Shown here in pieces: positions 59,135-64,000 of a stretch of DNA of 64,000 nt (position 1 is its first letter; each line of letters starts with the position of its first letter). The DNA is taken from positions 448,001-512,000 of the forward strand of contig CAWBWI010000001.1 in the NCBI GenBank assembly GCA_963792585.1, read 5' to 3'. Source of the stretch: Candidatus Eiseniibacteriota bacterium (GTDB lineage: Bacteria > Eisenbacteria > RBG-16-71-46 > CAIMUX01 > VGJL01). Both the position numbers and the translations under genes were made by a program. Below the pieces are notes generated by a model. The model searched no databases. It worked only from the letters and a program-made list of their open reading frames with translations, and was not told the origin of the DNA.

Positions 59135-60336
59135 ATCTGGGACAGTTCCTCCTGCTGGTCGTCATTCTGGGAACGATCCTCGGCTTCATCGGCGTGCCAT
59201 GGTGGATGTCGAGGCGGCGCGAGACGCCAGCCTACGAACCGGCGCGAGCCTATCTCGCCGCGATCGACGCCCTGATCCGCGGGGACCGACCGGGCGCCAT
59301 TGCGCCGTTGCGGGACCTCGCGCGAAGGACGCCGGCCAACATCCGCGTCTACCTGCGACTCGGGCGACCTCGTGCGCAGGATGGGATACCCGCGAGCGGG
59401 CCTACAGAGCTCCACGCCGATCTGATGGCGCGGACCTCGAGGCGGACCGCCGACCTGCGGAGCGTCTACCGGAGCTGCATCGAGGATCTTCTGATCCTCG
59501 ATCGGCCGGAGGATCTGAGCTCGAATCGCCGAGAAGCTCCTCGCATTCGACCGAAAGGATCCAACCGCTCTGCGCGCGCTGGTGCGCTACCTCGAGCGCG
59601 AGGGCGACTGGGAGCGGGCGCTTTCGAGTTTCTGGACGAGTGGGACGAGGTCGCCCCGGGGGCGACCGTGCCCACGCCCGCGCAGATGCGGATCCACATG
59701 GCGCGGCGTCACCTCGAGTCGGGGCAGCTCCGGGAAGCGGGGAAGCTTCTCGATGAGGCGATCAAGATGGCGGGCGACGGCCGGTCGGCACGCGTCTTCC
59801 TCGGCGACCTGCTACGCCCTCGAGGGAAAGTCGAAAGGCTTGCGCGGAGTGGCTCGCATACGTGCGGGAGAGCGGCTATCGGTCGGCTCAGGTTTTCGCG
59901 CGGCTCGAGAAGGCCTACTTCGAGATGGGTCGTTTCGGGGACCTCGTGCCGGTCTACGAGGGGCTCGCGGGCGGAAAGAGCGGCAAGCCTCCACGCCGCG
60001 GTGGCCCTCGCCGACATGCATCGGCGCCGGGGCCGGATCGCGGAGGCCGTGCGACAGCTCGAGACGGTCGTCGAGCAGCAGGGCGACAACCAGGAAGCAC
60101 GACGCCACCTGATCGGCGGTTTGCTGCAGATCGGTCGCACGGAGCGGCGCTCCGCGAACTCGATATCCTGATGAAGGCGACCGGTCCACGCGGCGAGGTC
60201 GACGGTCTGCTCGGTGTGCGGCGCGCGTGGGAACGACCTCTGGGTTCGCTGTGACCGCTGCAGCGCGTGGCAGGATGCGGCGCAGCCAACACCGCCGCCG
60301 CGACCGCGGATGGTGCCGGCCCCGCCGGCAGACTGA
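59131..60336 (+). CDS. lapB: LapB/YciM-like TPR protein with C-terminal rubredoxin-like site (frameshifted)
   Basis: N-terminal TM; YL.AIDALI, YLRLG TPRs; C-terminal CSVCG...WVRCDRCSAW. Confidence 0.72.
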
Positions 60337-61302
60337 TGGAATGGCCGGTACACGCGACCCTTCGGTCCGGCGTCTTGGGCGTCCTGTCTCCTCCTCCTGC
60401 TCTCGCAGCCGGGGATCGCGCAGAAGGAGCATCAGGGGATCTTCCGCGGCCTGATCGACAACCTGACCCCCGACACTCCCGAGCAGATGGAGAGCGAGGC
60501 GGTCGCGACGCGCGACGCTACGGAGGCCCTGAAGCTCTACGGGAGTCTTCTGGCCCGTCACCCCGAGGATCCGGAGGGCGTGCGGGCGGCGATCTGGATC
60601 GGTCTCTACTACTACGGCGCGGGCGACATGAAGACCTCCCTCGAGTACTTCGAGCGAGCCAGAAAGCGGGCGAAGAGCCCCGAGCTTGAATCGCGCGTCG
60701 CGTTCTGGTGCGAGGCCGCTCGACTCGCTGCGGGCGCGGAGCCGTTGCCCGATGACCCACGCGAGGGGCGCAGGAGTGCGTGGGAACTCCTGCGCGAGCT
60801 CGTCCGTGTCGATCGCTCGATTCGGGCGGGACGCCCGGGCGATGCCGAGAACCACCTGCTCTCGCTCGAGGGGGACGCGCGCCGCGGCGGGATGCTGGGG
60901 CTCCTTGCCGCCCGGTGGGGATCGCTGCTTCGCCATGAGCGGGCCGGGCCGCGGCGGACCGGAGAGTCTGCGGCCGCTCGAGCTGGCGACCGGCGGTCTG
61001 CCCGAAGGGATCTACCTCCAGGGGACGGCGGGCTTCCCGGCGCCGACGCCGGCGCCCGCGCCCGAAGAGACCTGGTCGATCCAATTCGGCGCCTTCCTCG
61101 AGGAAGAGAACGCGAAGGAGCAGCGTGAACAACTCGAGCGACAAGGGTTGTGAGGCCCGGATTGACGAGGAGGAGGAAGAGGGGCGTCACTGGTATCGGG
61201 TGCGGATGGGGGAACTCCCGGTCGCGCGCCGCGGCCGAGAGCCTGGCGGCCGGTTCCGCGCAGCAGTCCGGCATTCCGTATCAGATCGTCCGTGTCCGAT
61301 GA
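60336..61302 (+). CDS. TPR plus SPOR domain exported protein (frameshifted)
   Basis: TPR ..[13 protein letters not shown]-terminal [13 protein letters not shown]...G..WYRVRMG. Confidence 0.7.
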
Positions 61303-63924
61303 CCCGTCCGCGCGCGACGACCCCGATGATGGAGCAGTATCTCGGGGTCAAGGCCAAGCACCCCGACACGCTCCTGCTATACCGGATGGGCGACTTCTAC
61401 GAGACCTTCTTCGAGGACGCGGTGACGCTCTCGAGCGAGTCCTCGGAATCACTCTGACCTCGCGCAATGCAGGCGACGCCGGATCCGATCCCTCTCGCCG
61501 GCTTTCCGTGGCACAGCGCCGAGCCGCACATCCAGAAGCTCCTGCAGGCGGGGCTGCGGGTGGCGATCTGCGAGCAGGTCGAGAACCCCGCCGAGGCAAA
61601 GGGGTTGGTCGCCCGCCGGGTGGTCGAGGTCTTGAGCCCCGGCACCGCGGTCACCGATCCGCTCCTCGATCGGGGGACGAAACAACTTCCTGGTGGCCCT
61701 GTGGGGCGAGGATGACGCGATCGGATTGGCCGCAGCGGACATCTCGACGGGATCGTTCCTCGCCGGCGATCTGACGGAAGAGGAAGCCGAGGAGGAACTC
61801 GTCCGGCTCGCGCCGGCCGAGATCCTCGTGCCGGACGGGTGGACCCATCCCCGCCTGGAGACGCTTCCTCCGCGAGCACCTCGGAGACCCGTTCCGCTCT
61901 CGGGGGATGGCTGGCGCTTCGCCCCCGCGCGGGGAGAGACGCTGCTGAAGGAACACTTTCGCGTGGCGACCCTCGAAGGGTACGGGTTCCGAGACCCGAC
62001 GCCTGCGATCGGGGCGGCGGCGGCCCTGCTGGAGTATGCGCGCGACCAGAAGCAGTCGCCATTGTCCCACCTCCGCGGACTCGAGCGACTCCAGCCATCC
62101 GGTTCGCTGATCCTCGACGACGCATCGCTTCGCGGCCTCGAGATCCTCGAGCCGCTCACGGGCGTGCGCGAGACTCGACCCTCCTCTCTGTCCTCGACGC
62201 GACCCGCACGGCGGCCGGGGGGCGGCGCCTGCGTTCCGCCCTCGCGCGACCCTATCGCGACCCGGAGCCCGCGAACGCGCGCCTCGACCGTGTCGGCGCG
62301 CTCGCGGAAGATGCCGCCGCGCGAGACCGGATCGGGCGTGCCCTCGAGGAGATCGCCGACATCGAGCGCATCCTCGCGCGGGTCCACTGCGAGCGGGCGA
62401 CGCCGCGCGACATCGGGGGGCTCCGGCGCACCCTATTGGCAGTGCCGAAGGTCGAGGAGGGATTGGCCGGGTTCGACGCCTGGGCGGGCCCGCGCGCGGC
62501 GCTCGTCGTGGAGCCGCTGGCGTCGGATCTCGAGGCGGCCCTCGTCGAATCGCCCCCGCTGAACCTGGCCGACGGCGGTGTCTTCCGCGACGGCTACGAT
62601 CCCGATCTCGATGCGATCCGGGACGCCGCGCACGGTGGGCGGCGGTGGATGGCGGAGCTGGAAGCGCGGGAGCGCGAGGCGAGCGGGATCGCGAACCTGA
62701 AGGTCGGCTACAACCGGGTCTTCGGTTACTACGATCGAGGTGACCCGTTCGCAGCTCTCGCGGGTGCCCGACCGCTACACCCGCAAGCAGACCCTCTCGA
62801 CCGGGCGAGCGATATCGTGACCCCCGAACTCAAGGAGAGGAGGAGAAGATCCTCGGCGCGGAGGAAGCGCAGCGCAGGCGCGAGAACGGAGCTCTTCCGC
62901 GCCGCTCTGCGGGAGGGTCACCGAGGCGACCGCGATGCTGCAGTCGCTCGCGACGGCGCTCGCCGAGTGCGATCTCGTCTCTCATTCGCCGAGTCCGCCG
63001 CCGCGCGGGGGTATGCGCGGCCCGTCCTGGATCGATCGAGGGCGCTTGCGATCGAGGAGGGACGGCACCCGGTCGTCGAGAAGGCCGTGGGCGTCGGCTC
63101 CTTCGTGCCGAACGACCTCGTCCTCGACGGCGAGGAGCGCCAGGTCGTCATCCTGACCGGGCCGAACATGGCGGGGAAGTCGACCTACTTGCGCCAGATC
63201 GGTCTGATCGTCCTGATGGCGCAGGCCGGCTCCTACGTGCCGGCCCGCGCCGCGCGCATCGGCGTCGTCGATCGGATCTTCACCCGCGTCGGGAGCCCAC
63301 GACGTGATCGCGCGGGGGCAGTCGACGTTCCTGGTGGAGATGATCGAGACGAGCAACATCCTGCGCCACGCGACGGCGGAGAGCCTCGTCCTGATGGACG
63401 AGGTCGGACGGGGGACCTCGACCTACGACGGGCTCTCGATCGCCTGGGCGGTCGCCGAGGCGTTGCGGGGCGATCCCGCGGCGGCGGCCCCGGACCATCT
63501 TCGCGACGCACTACCACGAGATGACGCGGATCGCGGAGCCTGGGAACGGGTATCTCAATCTGAACGTCCTGGTCCGCGAGTGGGGCGACGAGGTGATCTT
63601 CCTCCGGCGCGTGGAAGAGGGGGCGGCCGACCGCAGTTACGGGATCGAGGTGGCGCGGCTGGCCGGGGTCCCGGAGCCGGTGGTGCGGCGGGCCTCCGAA
63701 ATCCTCCGCGACCTGGAGCGAAAGGGGGCGCACGTCATCGAGGTTCACCCGGGAGAGCACGTCCCGGCCGCCTCCCCGCAGCTCTCCCTCTTCGGTTCGG
63801 GGAGGGGGACTGGCTCCTGGCCGAACTCCGCTCGATCGACCCCGATCGGCTCACGCCCCTCGATGCCCTGGAGCGCCTTCACCGCTGGTTCGCGCGCATT
63901 GACGCGAACCGCCCATCGACGTAG
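61299..63924 (+). CDS. mutS: DNA mismatch repair protein MutS (many frameshifts)
   Basis: [69 protein letters not shown]. Confidence 0.96.
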
Positions 63925-63945
63925 AGTCAAGGCGAGGTGAAGTCG

Positions 63946-64000
63946 ATGAAACCTCCGATTGCAGCCATCTGCCTTCTCATGCTCGCCACGGGTTGTTCGA
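63946..64000 (+). CDS. Start of a probable lipoprotein (truncated by window end)
   Basis: SD GAGGTG; MKPPIAAICLLMLATGCS lipobox. Confidence 0.6.
   Translation, partial: MKPPIAAICLLMLATGCS

Noticed and set aside
58882..60171. LapA-LapB fusion ORF
   Set aside because: Frameshift artefact; the GTGA overlap at 59131-59134 marks the boundary
61299..63924. mutS pseudogene explaining a mutator-driven indel load
   Set aside because: The same indel density breaks essential rpsA and ftsK and is patchy, so sequencing error is more parsimonious; raw reads would settle it

Overview
High-GC bacterial chromosomal window of mostly + strand housekeeping genes. LolA, BamD, LapA/LapB and beta-barrel proteins point to a diderm organism. 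The PorV/GWxTD/CTD gene content suggests an FCB-adjacent lineage such as Ca. Eisenbacteria or Latescibacteria (inference only). Gene order: hpf-hprK-mannose-family PTS with a GH57 glucanotransferase between IIB and IIC-ptsH-ptsI-PGI/PMI-nucleotidyltransferase-metK-ahcY-ftsK-lolA-rimO-hyp-bamD-nadD-polA-coaE-prfB. An envelope cluster follows (CxxxCH EB_dh-like lipoprotein, beta-barrel, TonB-dependent receptor, large protein with T9SS-like C-terminal domain, PorV-like, GWxTD). Then pgk-tpiA-secG-tRNA-Leu, small genes, sdhCAB (minus strand), acuC, a sigma54 two-component pair, secreted proteins, Mut7-C, scpAB-rluB-pheA-aroA-cmk/plsC-rpsA-lapAB-SPOR-mutS. Many essential genes are frameshifted in patches, most likely from long-read assembly errors; only the prfB shift looks programmed. 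No CRISPR array, transposase, integrase or prophage was seen. The strongest candidates for an undescribed system are the envelope module at 23.6-34.2 kb and the GH57-containing PTS operon. All family assignments come from visual motif recognition, not from searches.
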